This document shows positions 46,046 through 59,889 of a stretch of 63,049 nt of DNA, piece by piece; position 1 is the stretch's first letter; every line of letters starts with the position of its first letter. The stretch is taken from NCBI GenBank assembly GCA_002633005.1, contig NMRA01000244.1, positions 501,400-564,448 on the forward strand, given 5' to 3'. The position numbers were made by a program, and so were the translations under genes. The stretch is from Phoronis australis. Lineage: Eukaryota > Animalia > Phoronida. Below the pieces are notes generated by a model. The model worked only from the letters and a program-made list of their open reading frames with translations. It did not search any database and was not told where the DNA came from.

Positions 46046-48453
46046 GGAAGGATACCGACGAGATATTACTGGAATTGGTACGTTCAGGCACTGCACAGTA
46101 CACCATGGCCAGCTGATGATCACTCACGAGGTTTTATCAGTGTGCCTCGCTTTCGATCAGTATTTAAAGATGGCGCGGGAAGATGGCGCTTTCGTGAAAT
46201 AGGTGAATAGCAGTGATGATACTGTAGAGCAATGGGTGAAATTCAGGAAAATGGACTGGGTTGACAATGCTGAGTACATTCGGGAAACCAACTGGCGTCC
46301 GCCTAAGCATAACATTGGCTTGTTGTCGCAATCGCCTTCCACCTGTGTGATGTTAGAACAGTTAGCGCACACACACCGACACGCCAAGATTGAACGGTCT
46401 TTGTTCGCCATGAACTGTGATATAAGGGCGGTGAATTGCATTGTGGGATATGATCTAGTTTGTTTTCCCCAACACCATGTCACGGTGTCAAAGTTTCAAC
46501 ATTTCGCAGATTTTTTATTTTCGCTTTTTTAAAATAACTAAACATTCAGTTATACGATAATTTGAATAAAATACATCCAAATCGCAATATCTTGAAGATA
46601 TTATTTCAATTTAACATACTTGGACCTTGCAAATTACACTTTAAGGCTTCAACAGGATGATGTAATAGTATCAAAACATCGAGTTCACTGGAGACAGAAA
46701 GAGATAAGAAAATGTGTATTAAAGGCAATGCGCTGGTTTCTAAGCAGAAAAAAACAAATCTGAACTTTTGGAAGCGTGAGTCAATTGAATATATCAGTGC
46801 TTTTACTACTGATTTTCTTTCAGTTATAAACTGTAGAAGACCAGGCATGTAACGTCGGCATGTACAAGCACGTGAAGTAACATGAAGCAGAAAAGAAGCT
46901 TAAAATGTATGATTCATATCCTTAATGGTTGCTCATTCACAACATGCACTTGGGAGGTCGTAGTACCGGAAATGCAGTATGATGACATAACTTTGAACGT
47001 TATAATTCAAACTCAAACACCGACTTTTTTTGCTGTGGGATTGTTTTGTTACTACATGAAGTTCAACTCGTGAAAAAATTCTATAACGTAAGCTTTTTGA
47101 CATTCAGATACAAGGGAAATCTCTGTAATGATTTAATTGGCCTATCGCCAGGATTTTGAGCGACGGCTTATTTGACCAATCAGAAAGCAGCATTCTTGAC
47201 ACACCTTCATTTCCACTTTACCCGAGAAACAACACATTGCTGGGTAAACCTTATTGTTTGTCTGTCGACTTTTCGCAAAGGGGCTTGCGGTAGGTCAGTT
47301 ATCGAGGATGCAAAATTAGTTTATGCCAATTTGAATGGAAGCTACCAGTCCTAAAAATCTACAGGTCAGTGCAATACATGTGTTTGGCCGAGGGTAAAAT
47401 GCCCATCAAGTCTGTATGAGTTAGATATCGATTTGAGTGACGTTTTACTGTCAATGACAAATTTATGTTCCGCCAGTTCCATGAAGCGGCGTATTATAAA
47501 AATGATAAAAATAAACGAGTTGATTTCAAAATTCCAATTAGGATAGCAAAAATCGATAATGAGCCTACGGCAGCTGAGGTGGAAATATTACTCTAAGCGA
47601 TCGATCATATTATAATTGGCACAATCGGATATGAAGGTGCCACAGCCCACATCTTTGTATGGTTGGTTAATGGTGTCCTGAGAAAGAACTCACAATGATG
47701 TGTCTTCTTCAAATTAACCCCCGACACCACCACCATCACCACCAACACAACCATCGTCATCACAACAACCATCATCATCATCATCATCACCACAACCATC
47801 GTCATCATCAGCATTTTCGTCATCTTTTTCTTCAGGCGCCACTTAGGAGTCGTTGTCGGAGTCTTAATCTATGGTACAAAATCTTATTCGCGTGCGAAAT
47901 AACCGGATACTAAAAAAGTATTGGGTGCGCCTCTATACGAGGCACTGGACTGTGAACATGGGATCAGTTGCACCTATATGCGGGGCACTGGACTATGGTC
48001 ATGGGTTCAGATTATATCAGATAAATCAAAGTCAACGTTTTATTTGTGTTGTGTTTTTTAAATCAAATTACAGAGTCTGAAAACTGCGAAGGGATTTGAA
48101 TGTCATCTATTGGCAAAAAGGCCCATCTGCCAACGACCAAAGAAAAATACTGGGTTAGTGCAAATGTTTAGGGCTAGGACGAGGGTTTGTCTCATAAAAA
48201 ATGGGATTGCGCCGTTCCTCTTCCCCATGCTACATCATATAACATACAGTTTGGGGAGACTGCGCACAACTTCGCTCGTATGGGGGGTATTATTTTTAAC
48301 TACCAATCACGACTCGAGAGACATTTTATAATCCGTGAAAATACAGAGTTCATACGTTGAGTCATTTATCCGACGTCTTCTCTCAACGTGTTCTGTTTGA
48401 AAGACTTCAATGCAAGCATAGTGAAGTGACTTGACAAATTCCGTCAGTGTAAC

Positions 48454-51219
48454 ATGGATGTTAACTCCTGTTTTACCCTGATTCTGGGATTGTGTTCTCT
48501 GGTTAGACCATTTCAAGCATGTACAACCAACCCAGATGTCGTTGCACGCGGGGGAAATCTTTTAGTTGAGTCTTGCGGAATACTGGACATACTGGAAATG
48601 TTGTCCAGTGGTTTGAACTTTGCTCGTGTTAATGCGGCAAAGTTCAGTGATAATCAGATCAAATTTGTTCCAGGTGGAATTTTTGATGGCCTAGTACAAG
48701 TCGTAAGATTAGAACTAACCCACAACAACATTCAGACAATCTTTGAAACAGCGTTTACGAAGTTGGAGAATCTGAAAATTATTTACCTTGGAAACAACAA
48801 CATATCCATGGTGCCGGATGGAGTTTTTACTCGTTTGGAATACCTGGAAATATTGGAATTACCGTTTAACAGAATTGAGACGATTTCTGAAAACGCATTC
48901 TCGGAAATGTCGAATCTCAATGTGTTGGACTTGAGATCCAATTTGATTTCTTCATTCCCGGCCACCAGTCTTCCGGCAGTGTCCACACCATTTACGCTGT
49001 TCTTGATGGATAATATCTTTACAAGTGTAAACAACAACGCTCTCAGTACAAGAACCAATGTTCGAGAAGTCTTTTTAGAGCGCAACAAACTGTTTTTCTT
49101 GCAACCAAACATTTTAGATGGCCTGGAGAACGCCGAGGACGTCAATTTGAATTCTAATCAAATCGACAAGCTAATGGACTCGCCGTTTAGAAACCTTGGT
49201 GCCTTGCTCTCTCTCAGACTCTGTTATAACAAAATAGCAGACGTTAATGCGTCATCTTTCCAAGGACTGTCTCAACTCCACCTATTGGACCTCGGTGGTA
49301 ACTACATCGAACGGCTTGAAAAGAGATTGTTTAAACACCTCCCGTTGCTAGAATATCTTGATATTTCTGACAACAGGCTGAAAACTGTTGAAAAAGGTGC
49401 GATGGATGGTCTTCGTTTTCTGAGTCACTTGGACCTATCTGAGAATGAGATTGGTCTGATTGAACAAAACTGGATGGAAAATCCTGTTATGTGGTACCTA
49501 GATTTATCCCACAATGCGTTGAAGATTGTAACAAACGAAACTCTGTACGGCTTATTTATGTTAGAGTACCTTTTTCTGTCCAACAACAAAATTGTAATGC
49601 TTAGTAGCTATGCGTTTGCCAATTTATTACAACTCAAAAAGTTGTACCTGAGTGGCAATAGCATTAGAAGTGTATCTGCTTTACTGTTTAAGCCCACTCA
49701 ATCGTTATACCACCTTACTATGCAAGTCAGTGAATTTGCGGAAGTAAGACATGACATCTTCAAGTACTGCTCGTTTACTAATCTCCTCATCATTGTACAT
49801 TCAGCTTCGCAACTTCCGGCGATAGTCGTTAAAAAACTAACCATTAAATTTAAATTACCTGGTCCTGTACAAAATGACATACTCTCAGAGGAATTATGGC
49901 TAGACTATTTGGGAACTGAATCCTTCGTCCTATCATTGTCAATTATGCAGCAGGTGCGGACTGAACGAATGAAGTTTCAAGGCAACAAAATCTCTCATAT
50001 TGAAGATAGGGTGTTTGCACATATGGAAACTATGATGGTGTCTTCATTGTCTTTGCATATTAACGAAATCACGCGATTGACGAATAATACTTTTGTCGGT
50101 CTAAACTATCTTTCGAACTTGAATTTAAAAGGTAATTTGATTGCAGACATTCAAAAAGGAACATTTCAGTCACTGCCACGCTTAGAAAAGTTGTCACTTG
50201 GAAGTAATAGGTTAAACTACTTACCCCTTGGTTTGTTCAGCAATTTAAAACTGTTAAACTTTATTGATTTGTCAAGTAACGAAATAGTGAAAATTGAAGA
50301 AAACTGTTTCCAAGATCTTATTATGTTGGGACAAATGGATCTTAGCAATAACCGCCTTAAAAATATTACTCGATACACATTCAGTGCCTCTCTTCAAAAT
50401 TTAGCGTATCTGACGCTAAGTCACAATGAAATTTCCTCAATAGACCAGAGCGCTTTTTCTAATCTAAGGGGAGTGGCCAACCTAAATTTGAGTGACAACA
50501 ACATCGAGCACGTGCCAGAGAAATTATTTGAGTCGCTCATCAATCTTCGCTATTTAGCTTTGGATAACAATTTGATAAAAGGAATAGGAAATATTGTTCT
50601 ACCAAATCTCCCAAATATGTACACTTTGGATGTGTCATACAACCAAATACAAGTTTTGCCCAAGATCGTCATTGACCATGTTATAACAACACATCTGCCT
50701 TTTCAGTTTAAAATTAATCAGAATCCTCTTCATTGCAACTGTTTATTGAAAGATTTGCAAGATTTCTTCGCGAAATACCAACATACTGGCGCCGTGAACC
50801 GAGTCGATGCACCATCTTGTCATACACCATTTTTCTCGAGTCCGAATCGCGAGAAATTTGTTAATCTCAATCTGACCTGCATAAAGCCTTCTATTCCAGA
50901 AATCCGTTTTGAAGTAGTAAATGGCAACTTAGCAGTGTTTTGCTCGTCTGATGGAGATCCCACACCGACTATCACAATTGTCTCCCCTGCTGGCGACACT
51001 CATGAATTCACAACTCTACCCTCCAAATTACGCGTTGAAGGGAGTGTAAATTTGACACCCCTTGACATCATCCACAGATCTAAAGGTGTTCTGTGTAATG
51101 CTACGAACGAGGTTGGAACCTGGGAAAGTGTAGCAGCAGTTCCAAATCTAAGCAGTTCATTGAGATTCGCATCAATCCTGTTATTTGCGCAGGTTGTTTG
51201 GGTTTACCTCGTCCAGTAA
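48454..51219 (+). CDS. Single-exon LRR + LRRCT + Ig-like cell-surface protein, probably GPI-anchored (921 aa), paralog B
   Basis: Same architecture as 8585-11347; uninterrupted ORF; collinear with one extra residue in the LRRCT loop. Confidence 0.93.
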   Translation: MDVNSCFTLILGLCSLVRPFQACTTNPDVVARGGNLLVESCGILDILEMLSSGLNFARVNAAKFSDNQIKFVPGGIFDGLVQVVRLELTHNNIQTIFETAFTKLENLKIIYLGNNNISMVPDGVFTRLEYLEILELPFNRIETISENAFSEMSNLNVLDLRSNLISSFPATSLPAVSTPFTLFLMDNIFTSVNNNALSTRTNVREVFLERNKLFFLQPNILDGLENAEDVNLNSNQIDKLMDSPFRNLGALLSLRLCYNKIADVNASSFQGLSQLHLLDLGGNYIERLEKRLFKHLPLLEYLDISDNRLKTVEKGAMDGLRFLSHLDLSENEIGLIEQNWMENPVMWYLDLSHNALKIVTNETLYGLFMLEYLFLSNNKIVMLSSYAFANLLQLKKLYLSGNSIRSVSALLFKPTQSLYHLTMQVSEFAEVRHDIFKYCSFTNLLIIVHSASQLPAIVVKKLTIKFKLPGPVQNDILSEELWLDYLGTESFVLSLSIMQQVRTERMKFQGNKISHIEDRVFAHMETMMVSSLSLHINEITRLTNNTFVGLNYLSNLNLKGNLIADIQKGTFQSLPRLEKLSLGSNRLNYLPLGLFSNLKLLNFIDLSSNEIVKIEENCFQDLIMLGQMDLSNNRLKNITRYTFSASLQNLAYLTLSHNEISSIDQSAFSNLRGVANLNLSDNNIEHVPEKLFESLINLRYLALDNNLIKGIGNIVLPNLPNMYTLDVSYNQIQVLPKIVIDHVITTHLPFQFKINQNPLHCNCLLKDLQDFFAKYQHTGAVNRVDAPSCHTPFFSSPNREKFVNLNLTCIKPSIPEIRFEVVNGNLAVFCSSDGDPTPTITIVSPAGDTHEFTTLPSKLRVEGSVNLTPLDIIHRSKGVLCNATNEVGTWESVAAVPNLSSSLRFASILLFAQVVWVYLVQ

Positions 51220-53024
51220 CTTTATTTTCTCTCGCGTAATCACAAAATACAAAGCCTATCCATGCTAAGGTTATAAAGGGCCTCATTGAAAAGATTGTAT
51301 ATTTATCCAAATTTCTATATAACTATAGAATTTAATTCGGCAAAAGTATTTGTTTTCTAAAAGCAGAAATTGCGTAGAATCTTAAAAAAATTCATACGAT
51401 ATAACCATACAAAATATTATTTCGAAAACACTGTTACAGTTCTCTAAATTATAGTTTCGTTTTCTTTTTTGCAACTTGCGAATTTTTTCCACAAAAATCG
51501 TATGAGTCGCGCTTTTGATAATTTACTTCAAAAGTGAGACATTTTAGAAAATGGAATTTGAAAAGTGCATAAAGCAAATTATCACATTTTCTTAGGATCC
51601 TACAGAACCTAAGACGAACGTTTTACAGTGTTGATTCATGCGCGCACCCAGGGGGAGGGGCTTCTGGGGTCTCAGACTACCCCCCCCCCCATTCGGCAAA
51701 GTCATGGGCAAAAAATTCCGAATCAGAGAAACAAAAACTCAGAGTAGAAAGTAGAAAACGAGACAAAAGTCCACTAAAAAGCCTGTACCTATCAAAATTC
51801 GGCGAATGCACAATTCATAGCTCCGAACATACCCTGTAAATCTTAGTAAAAGGTCCACATTCTCAAAAATGCGAGCCCTCCATTTTTTAGGCTGGGTGCG
51901 CGGATGTGATTGCTTTCCGAGAATCACGAATGTGTTGGTTTGGAAAAGTACCAGAACTTATTCCACCGCTTCATTTATTCCGTAACCGCAGAGGATTCCC
52001 AGACTTTACATTAATCATGCACATATATAGAGGATGGAACGCTAGTGACGTCGTGTACCGCAGAGCTACTGTCGAGGATATAGGCCTATGTTTATCCCAG
52101 ACGCTTTGAATAAGTTTAGTGCAATACGGCCATTTGGTAAAGGCATTTTCTATTGCACTCCCTGGACTACCTTAACTCTGACATGGAAATTGCGAAAGGT
52201 AGGCCAACGTCGACTTAACGTCGTCAGTCCGCTGGAATATCAAAGTTTCATAAGATAGTTTAAAGTAATATAGTTGCAGCAGTCTAAATAACCCTCAGCA
52301 TGCAATCAGGTCCCAAACATAACATCTGGTACTAAACTGATAATTATATTCCTCTCCTGTAATAGTTTTATTTGCCAATTATCGTCAACATGAACCCAGT
52401 CAACGATTTCTTGGTAACTACAATGCTAAATATTGTTGTTATATAATTATTTTCAGAAAATGTTACAAGCTAATTGCACAATTACTGTTGTTTCCATCTT
52501 TGTTATATCTTTTCAAGTAATAAATCGTTACATTTAAAACTGTTTCTTTTGCTAGAGAAAACTTGTAACATAAGGCTTACGTACATACATATAGGGCTTG
52601 ATCCGCCACGTGAATAGTCTGCATGAAGTATCTAAAAATCGAAAATATGCAAAATTTTAAGAATTTAAAGCGTATGGGATAAATATAAAAAGTACCTCGA
52701 TTGGCATAGACGAAGTAATATTGCTCTCGACATTATTCCGTGTATTCAACAAAACCGAAGGTTAAGGTCGATACGCGGAATTATGTCTCGAGAGATATTA
52801 CTTCATATACGCCCCTCTCTGTACGTTTTGTGTATGTATAAAGCATCTGCAGTTGTATACGGATTGGGTTGTATTTCACAGTAAATAGTGTGACGTAATA
52901 ATATCCGTATTTTCATATAAACCCCTCGAAAAAATGTCCTCTTCAAAAAATTTGTGGTATTTTCTTCAAATTACCATCAATACGCATACATCATTTCTGC
53001 ATTGAATGTTGGGAAATGTTTTAT

Positions 53025-53912
53025 TGTTCGTGAACATAGACAGCATTGTACAGCTCGAAAAAAAATATTCAAAAACTTCAATTCAGAGCCCTACGTTTTG
53101 TTTACAACGACGACGTTAGCACTCACGAACAACTACTCTCACTAGCTAACAAACCATCCCTTCATCTACACAGGCTTCGACTTATTGCAATAGACGTATT
53201 TAAAATCCTTTATGGCGAATCACCCAAGACACTTCTTTCATTTTTAAAGAAGCGAGAAAACAATTACTCCTTTCGCCACAGCAACCTTCTAGATATTCCT
53301 CAAGTTAAATCTGTCAGATATGGTAAAAAAACTTTTCGCTTCGAGGCTGCTCGGGTCTGGAACATTGTACCGAATATGTTGTGCACAACAGAGCTTTCAC
53401 TATTTTCCGTGGACTGCTTTGGACTTGGACTGGCCCTGAATGCTGCTGTTCTCTTTGTAAACACTCCAGCTTGTTCTGTAATTAGTGTATACCATCGTTT
53501 ATACCACAATATTAGCGTCAAATGGCAGATACAACGATTTTGGAGAATTATCACCCTCGGGGCTCACGCCCCTCGGGCGATAATTCTCCAAAATCCACTC
53601 GGGCTCTAGATAAGGGGGGATAACGACTTCGCCATGTTATAACCTATATTTCTTTTATGATTTATCTTTATTATAGCATTTGCACGTGTACCTATTATCT
53701 TTTATGCTTATTAGATCCTAGTCTATACTTAAGCGATTACGACAACTTAACTTTTATTTACAATTATATCTCTGTGTTATTCTCCACCTTTAGGTTAAGT
53801 TCCATTTTCTTCATGTTTCCGTTAATTTAATGTCGTAGAAATAGCCCAACTAGCTAATGTTAATCTGTTCTCCGAACGACGTTAAATAAAGATTCCTGAG
53901 TCTTGATTCTTG
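53025..53912 (+). mobile_element. L2/CR1-group LINE 3' fragment
   Basis: IQKLQFRALRFVYND..LLSLANKPSLHLHRLR..VFKIL..YSFRHSNLLDIPQV..YGKKTFRFEAARVWN; ends aataaa + (gattcttga)-type repeat tail. Confidence 0.85.
53497..53650. mobile_element. Short hairpin-containing insertion; related terminus at about 8370-8409
   Basis: Absent from the duplicate at about 57600. Central palindrome ttttggagaattatcaccc...gggcgataattctccaaaa. Its left end is the reverse complement of 8370-8409. Confidence 0.7.
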
Positions 53913-54317
53913 TACAGGGTGTCCAGAAAGGGTACATGAGTCAATTTCAAAAATCACAAATGGTATACTGTGCAGTAAACACTCGCAGTGATGAGTATGA
54001 CAGTAAGACTTGTTCACACTGAGCGATTTCTTTGCGAGTGCAAAACTTTAACAAGAGAGAATCAATAAGACCTTTATTTGCAACAGAACTGATCACAGGC
54101 TGAGTGCCTTAGTACCCTGTATATCCACCCAGTTGTGCATTGATACATGCGATACATCTACGGCGCATGGATGAATTAGACGATCCATGTTGTTCTGACC
54201 AGTGGCATTCCACTCCCGAACTAGGACGTCCCTCAACTCTGACAGAGTGGCGTTGTCCTGGATCTGTTACCGGTCAGCCCGCGCTTTCTGGTCCCACAAC
54301 AACTCATTTGGGATTAA

Positions 54318-55618
54318 AGGCGAAGGCAACCTTTTTCATGTCAGTTTTAGCAAAAATAACGTTCGTTGATTATCCCAAACGTATTTTTCACTTATTTACT
54401 GCTTTTCATAATTCAATTAATTACTCGTCGTTTACTCAGGAAGTGACGTTTTGGGAGGCAAGAATTTCGCCCCAATTTCTTTTCATATAGTCTGACTGTG
54501 AGAGCAGTCGAGTCGGTCATTGTTCTACCTCGGTTGTGATAAGTTCGGTCGTCGTTTGCTTTTGCTTACGAGTCAGTCAACATGGCACACTGTTGCTGCG
54601 TTCTGGGATGTAATCATTATCGTCTCACGTACAGAGAAAGAACTGTCCCAGTTGCCCGAGTGTCCCGCGACACACTCCCACAGGAGGGTGATCTGAGCAC
54701 CCAAACTGCTTACATCCCGCCGTATGACTCCCTCGCCCCACACTTGGCACCTTCCAAATAGCTCCAAGACAAGTCCACAATAAACTTATCAAACTTAGGC
54801 TCACCGATGTGTTCATTGGATGATGAACTGTCCTCTTCACTGGGTGTCGAACTGGGACTGTATTCACTACCACTACTCAACATCGGTGCAGGGCTGCTTA
54901 CAGGCTGTGGGCTAGAGACAACAGCACAGGGCGAATCACTGCTAGTTCCCGGGTACGTTTGGAGGCACGGGTGACATTAGATGAAGTGCCTCCAGTCACT
55001 GTATATAGCGGCCACAGCTCGCGAGGTTTCTCGCTTCAAAAACGCACTTCTCGGGGTTAGCGACGGGGCACTGCCGGGAATCAACAGCGACGGTATGGTA
55101 CCCTTCTTCAGGCGTTGTTTCGCAGGGACCTTCATGAGTTCAGCGTATCGGTCATAATATGATGGAAGAAAATCCTTGCCACACATTCGGTAACCCTCCA
55201 TGGCTTTGTACGTTGCGTGGACGGGTAGCGCTGCGTTTTTCACATGAACGAGCTAGCCAAGTACAGCGAAGTGTGTCATCCTTCGGAAAGCGACGCAAGG
55301 TACCCAAAGCGCGTGTGAGACGATAATGAGTACATACCGGCACGCAGCAACAGCGTGGCATGTTGACTGACTTGTAAACAAAATAAAACGACGACCGAAC
55401 TTATCACAAACGAGGTAGAACAATGACTGACTCGACAGCTCTCATAGTCAGACTATAATGAAAAGAAATTGGCGCGAAACTCTTGCCTCCCAAAACGTCA
55501 CTTCCGGAGTAGAGGACGAGAAATTAATCAAATTACGAAAAGCTGTTATTAAGTGTCTGGGATGATCAACAAACTTTATTTTTGCTAAAAGTGACATGAA
55601 AAAAGGTTGCCTTCGCCT
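54318..55618 (-). mobile_element. Kolobok-type DNA transposon, internally deleted; THAP-domain transposase N-terminus
   Basis: TTAA TSD (54314-54317, 55619-55622), AGG..CCT termini, imperfect TIRs of about 245 bp. MPRCCCVPVC..RRFPKD..R..W / CGKDF..RLKKGTIPSL (THAP), then KFIV..ELFGRCQ.CG..WECVAGH..WDSS; no DDE core. Confidence 0.85.
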
Positions 55619-56297
55619 TTAAGGTCCGGTGAGAAGGAGGATCATTCCATGCGCGTGATGACATTCTGTTGCAAAATACAACCACAATTCGGGCTCTGTG
55701 AGGATGGGCATTGTCACCTGAGAGCAGGAAACCATTGCCTACTTGCAGGGCAGAGGTAAAATGTGAGGCTGCAGCAACTCCGCGACGTACCGAGGGCTGT
55801 TGAGGGTCCTAGCTATGGGGGCAATCTGAGTCCGTCCAGTTAAACGTAAGCCACCCCACACTTCCACCTCGAAACGGTCTGACTGACTGGACGCAGTAGT
55901 AGACAAATCGCCCACCTCTCCTTCTCCATACCCTCAAACTACCACAATCAACACCTCCGCTCAAACATAATCTCGACTCATCTGTAAAGAGCACATTTCT
56001 CCACTGTTGACGTGCCCTATTCCAGTGTTACCTGTCACATTGCAATCTGGCTGCTCTGTGTGTTGCTGTCCGGTCGTCAAGCAGGGCGTCGGGCTCTGAA
56101 ATCTGCCTGATGGAGTCAATTCCGTCTTTTCTCTGATCCGGCAGCACTTTCGATATCAAGCTGCATTCTACGTACAGTAAAGAGACTCCTCTTGGCAGCA
56201 ACAATTTCTATGTATTAATTCTGACGGCAAGCTGTGATACGCGGTCGACCACTTTGGTTTCTGTCGTTGAAATCACCCATCTGTCGATATCTGCCTC

Positions 56298-56440
56298 CCG
56301 TTCAGTAACGCTAGGACCTTGCTAAAAAGCGAGACTTCGCGAGATTACGTGGGATATTGCCGTGCATTTTAAATGAGAACACGTGACTTTGACTAGGTTT
56401 TAGCTGGGTCCTAGCGTAGGTCCTAGCGTCTACTGAACGC
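56298..56440. mobile_element. Small MITE within the Tc1
   Basis: TIRs cgttcagta-acgctaggacct / aggtcctagcgtctactgaacg; absent from the paralogous Tc1 remnant near 13212. Confidence 0.65.
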
Positions 56441-57525
56441 ACGCCTGGCTACCATCCTGGACACTGACTTCCCGTGTACACGAAAATGTCTGGCAACAGC
56501 AGCTTGGTTCCACCCTGATTCCATCAAACCAATTCCACGTGCTCTTTCCAAGATTGTCGACTTTGCCACTACAGTGCTGTCAAGCAATTAGAGACCTGAA
56601 GCAAAAGAACACCTAAGGCTGAAACAACAATGTATTCATCCAATAGTGTTAACTTCCCAACAGCATGACGGCAAACAATAGTCCCCTCATTGATCAAGAC
56701 GAGAATTAAGACACCAGCCAGTGCGAGCTTAGGAAAGGAGTAAGTGCAATTTTGTGATTTTTGAAATTGACTTCTGTGCCCTTTCTGGACCCTCTGTACA
56801 ACGCAGTGTGCATGAATGATAAAATATTTTCCAGTATTCGTTGTAGAAATAGATAAGCTTTGAAATGAGTTTAATTTATCCGCATTGATGGTAATTTTAA
56901 GAAAATACCACACATTTTCTGAAGGGGTCAGGACTTTTTGAGGGGTTTATATATGGGATAATAAAACAATACTAATATCTTACTCAAATTGCCCAAGAGC
57001 ATGCGCACAAGTTTGTTCACATTGGTCGCACAAGCACTGACAAATAATACACCATGGAAATCGACGATATTTCATGAGTTGGGTAAACAAATAGTTTCTT
57101 AAAGCACGTTTCAAATCGGGATTGAAAGCTTTTCAAACTTTAGGCACGAAATAAGTTGTGAACATTCATCAACAGGGGTCTCTGTTTCTGAAAATGACAA
57201 CAATGTGGTCTTACTGTTTAACTTCACCATTGCAGAAAAACGTTTAGTCAAGTAATTACGAGTGTACGACAGTATAATAAATCAAAAAAATTATCCAAGT
57301 AAATAGTAGTTGTATGCGTATATTCTCAGAGACTTTGCTCGTTTTGCTCAAGTGAAATTTGTCGTAATCTATTTTGCCCGGGGTATGCCACGAGCTATGT
57401 TAAAAAGTATAACAAGAGAAGAGTTGTCACATTATGACGTATATTATGACGTAAGTAGAAATATATGACCATGAAAGATGGGCGCGGAAAAAGCACCACC
57501 GGCGTGTACATAAAAGTTTTCTTAN

Positions 57526-58970
57526 ACTTGGACTGGCCCTGAATGCTGCTGTTCTCTTTGTAAACACTCCAGCTTGTGCTGTAATTAGTGTATACCATCG
57601 TTTCTTTTATGATTTATCTATATTATAACATTTGCACGTGTACCTATTATCTTTTATGCTTATTAGACCCTAGTCTATACTTTAGCGATTACGACAACTT
57701 AACTTTTATATACAATTATATCTCTATGTTATTCACCACCTTTAGGTTAGGTTCCATTTTCTTCATGTTTCTGTTAATTTAATGTCGTAGAAATAGCCCA
57801 ACTAGCTAATGTAAATCTGTTCTCCGAACGATGTTAAATAAAGATTCTTGAGTCTTGATTCTTGTACAGGGTGTCCAGAAAGGGCACAGGAGTCAATTTC
57901 AGAAATCACAAATGGTATACTGTGCAGTAAACACTCGTAGAGTTGAGTATGACAGTAAGACTTGTTCACACTGAGCGATTTCTTTGCGAGTGCAAAACTT
58001 TAACAAGAGAGAATTAACAAGACCTTTATTTGCAACAGATCTGATCACAGGCTGAGTGCTTTAGTGCCCTGTATATCCACCCAGTTGTGCATTGATACAT
58101 GCGATACATCTACGGCTCATGGATGAATTAGACGATCCATGTTGTTCTGACCAGTGGCATTCCACTCCCGAACTAGGACATCCCTCAACTCTACCAGAGT
58201 GGCGTTGTCCTGGATCTGTTACCGGTCAGCCCGCGCTTTCTGGTCCCACAACAACTCATTTGGGATTAAAGGCGAAGGCAACCTTTTTCATGTCAGTTTT
58301 AGCAAAAATAAGGTTCGTTGATTATCCCAAACGTATTTTTCACTTATTTACTGCTTTTCGTAATTTAATTAATTACTCGTCGTTTACTCAGGAAGTGACG
58401 TTTTGGGAGGCAAGAATTTCGCCCCAATTTCTTTTCATATAGTCTGACTGTGAGAGCAGTCGAGTAGGTCATTGTTCTACCTCGGTTGTGATAAGTTCGG
58501 TCGTCGTTTGCTTTTGCTAAGATGCCACACTGTTGCTGCGTTCTGGGGTGTACTCATTATCGTCTCACGTACAGAGAAAGAACTGTCCCACTTGTCCGGG
58601 TGTCCCGCGACACACTCCCACTGGAGGGTGATCTGAGCACCCAAACTGCTTACATCCCGCCGTATGACTCCCTCGCCACACACCTGGCACCTTCCAAATA
58701 GCTCCAATACAAGTCCACAATAAACTTATCAAACTTAGGCTCACCGATGTGTTCATTGGATGATGAACTGTCCTCTTCACTGGGTGTCGAACTGGGACTG
58801 TATTCACTACCACTACTCAACATCGCTGCAGGGCTGCTTACAGGCTCTGGGCTAGAGACAACAGCACAGGGCGAATCACTGCTAGTTCCCGGGTACGTTT
58901 GGAGGCACGGGTGACAGTAGATGAAGTGCCTCCAGTCACTGTATATAGTGGCCACAGCTCGCGAGGTTTC
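57526..58970 (+). repeat. Second copy of 53423-55030 (L2 tail, Tc1 end, Kolobok left half) after a single N at 57525
   Basis: High identity; lacks the 53497-53650 insertion; diverges abruptly after gcgaggtttc at 58970. Confidence 0.88.
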
Positions 58971-59718
58971 ATGTTAACTACATGTAACTGAATCCTCAAA
59001 AGCTTAGAAAATTCATGGTGGGAACTCTTTAAGAGCGGTATCGAAATTTCTTTCACCAATGACAGCTAATGTTGCCGCAATGACACTTAAGTAACCACTA
59101 TCATTATGCAGGATGCACGATATAACGTATTCAGTGAGCAATTAAGATATACTAATTTAACACTGTTTCTTCCTCTTCCGTTTGTATAACCAATCTCGGG
59201 TATTATCTGTGTCATGCGTCTGTATTAAGAGATGGGCAAAACACTTTTAGCGATGACAAAACATTAGAAAAATACGGCAATGCTTAGTTGATATTATGTT
59301 TAATAGACGACAACTGACGAAACGGACAGCAGCGGCGCACAACGACATCCTTTTATTATTCTCGACCGTACGTTCACAAGCCTACTCGAACAAAACGTCC
59401 GGCGTAATGTCTGTTCTATGCTCCAGCCAGTGCTGCGAAGCCTCGACTTGTGATGAACTTCTGAGACACGTTCGGCAACTCAACTGTAATTCTCTCAACT
59501 GGTTTACTGCTTTTCTTCTGGTTAACTTCTGGTTAACTAACCAATACAAACCCGTATCTGGGTATTTATAGACTAATGCATTGTTCTAGAACTTTTCACC
59601 AGTTCAAGCACGTTCTAGAACCTTCCGGAATCTACTAGTACCCAATTATATTCAACAATCATGTACTAGTCTCTAGAATATTCCAGACTGCATTAATCAC
59701 TGTCATGCTAGAGTCTTA

Positions 59719-59889
59719 TAGAAAGTTCCACACTATACTGCAGTAAACAAATTACATCATCACTACTGAACTCAGTCTACTAGAAAGTTCCGTACTATTC
59801 TGTAGTAAACAAATTACATCATCACTACTGAACTCAGTCTACTAGAAAGTTCCGTACTATTCTGTAGTAAACAAATTACATCATCACTC
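59719..59889. repeat. 62-bp tandem repeat, about 2.7 copies
   Basis: gtaaacaaattacatcatcact recurs at 59743, 59805 and 59867. Confidence 0.9.

Larger units (their letters stand above)
53915..56796 (-). mobile_element. Tc1/mariner DNA transposon, decayed, with TIRs and TA flanks
   Basis: TIRs TA|cagggtgtccagaaaggg.. and ..ccctttctggaccctctg|TA. Transposase motifs VLFTDESR (about 55975-55995), DNAHPHRAR (about 55690-55716), and SPDLNP..WD split by the Kolobok insertion. Confidence 0.88.
47687..57510 (+). repeat. Segmental duplication copy B
   Basis: Collinear with 4012-14275; carries extra L2, fuller Tc1, Kolobok and MITE sequence. Confidence 0.9.
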
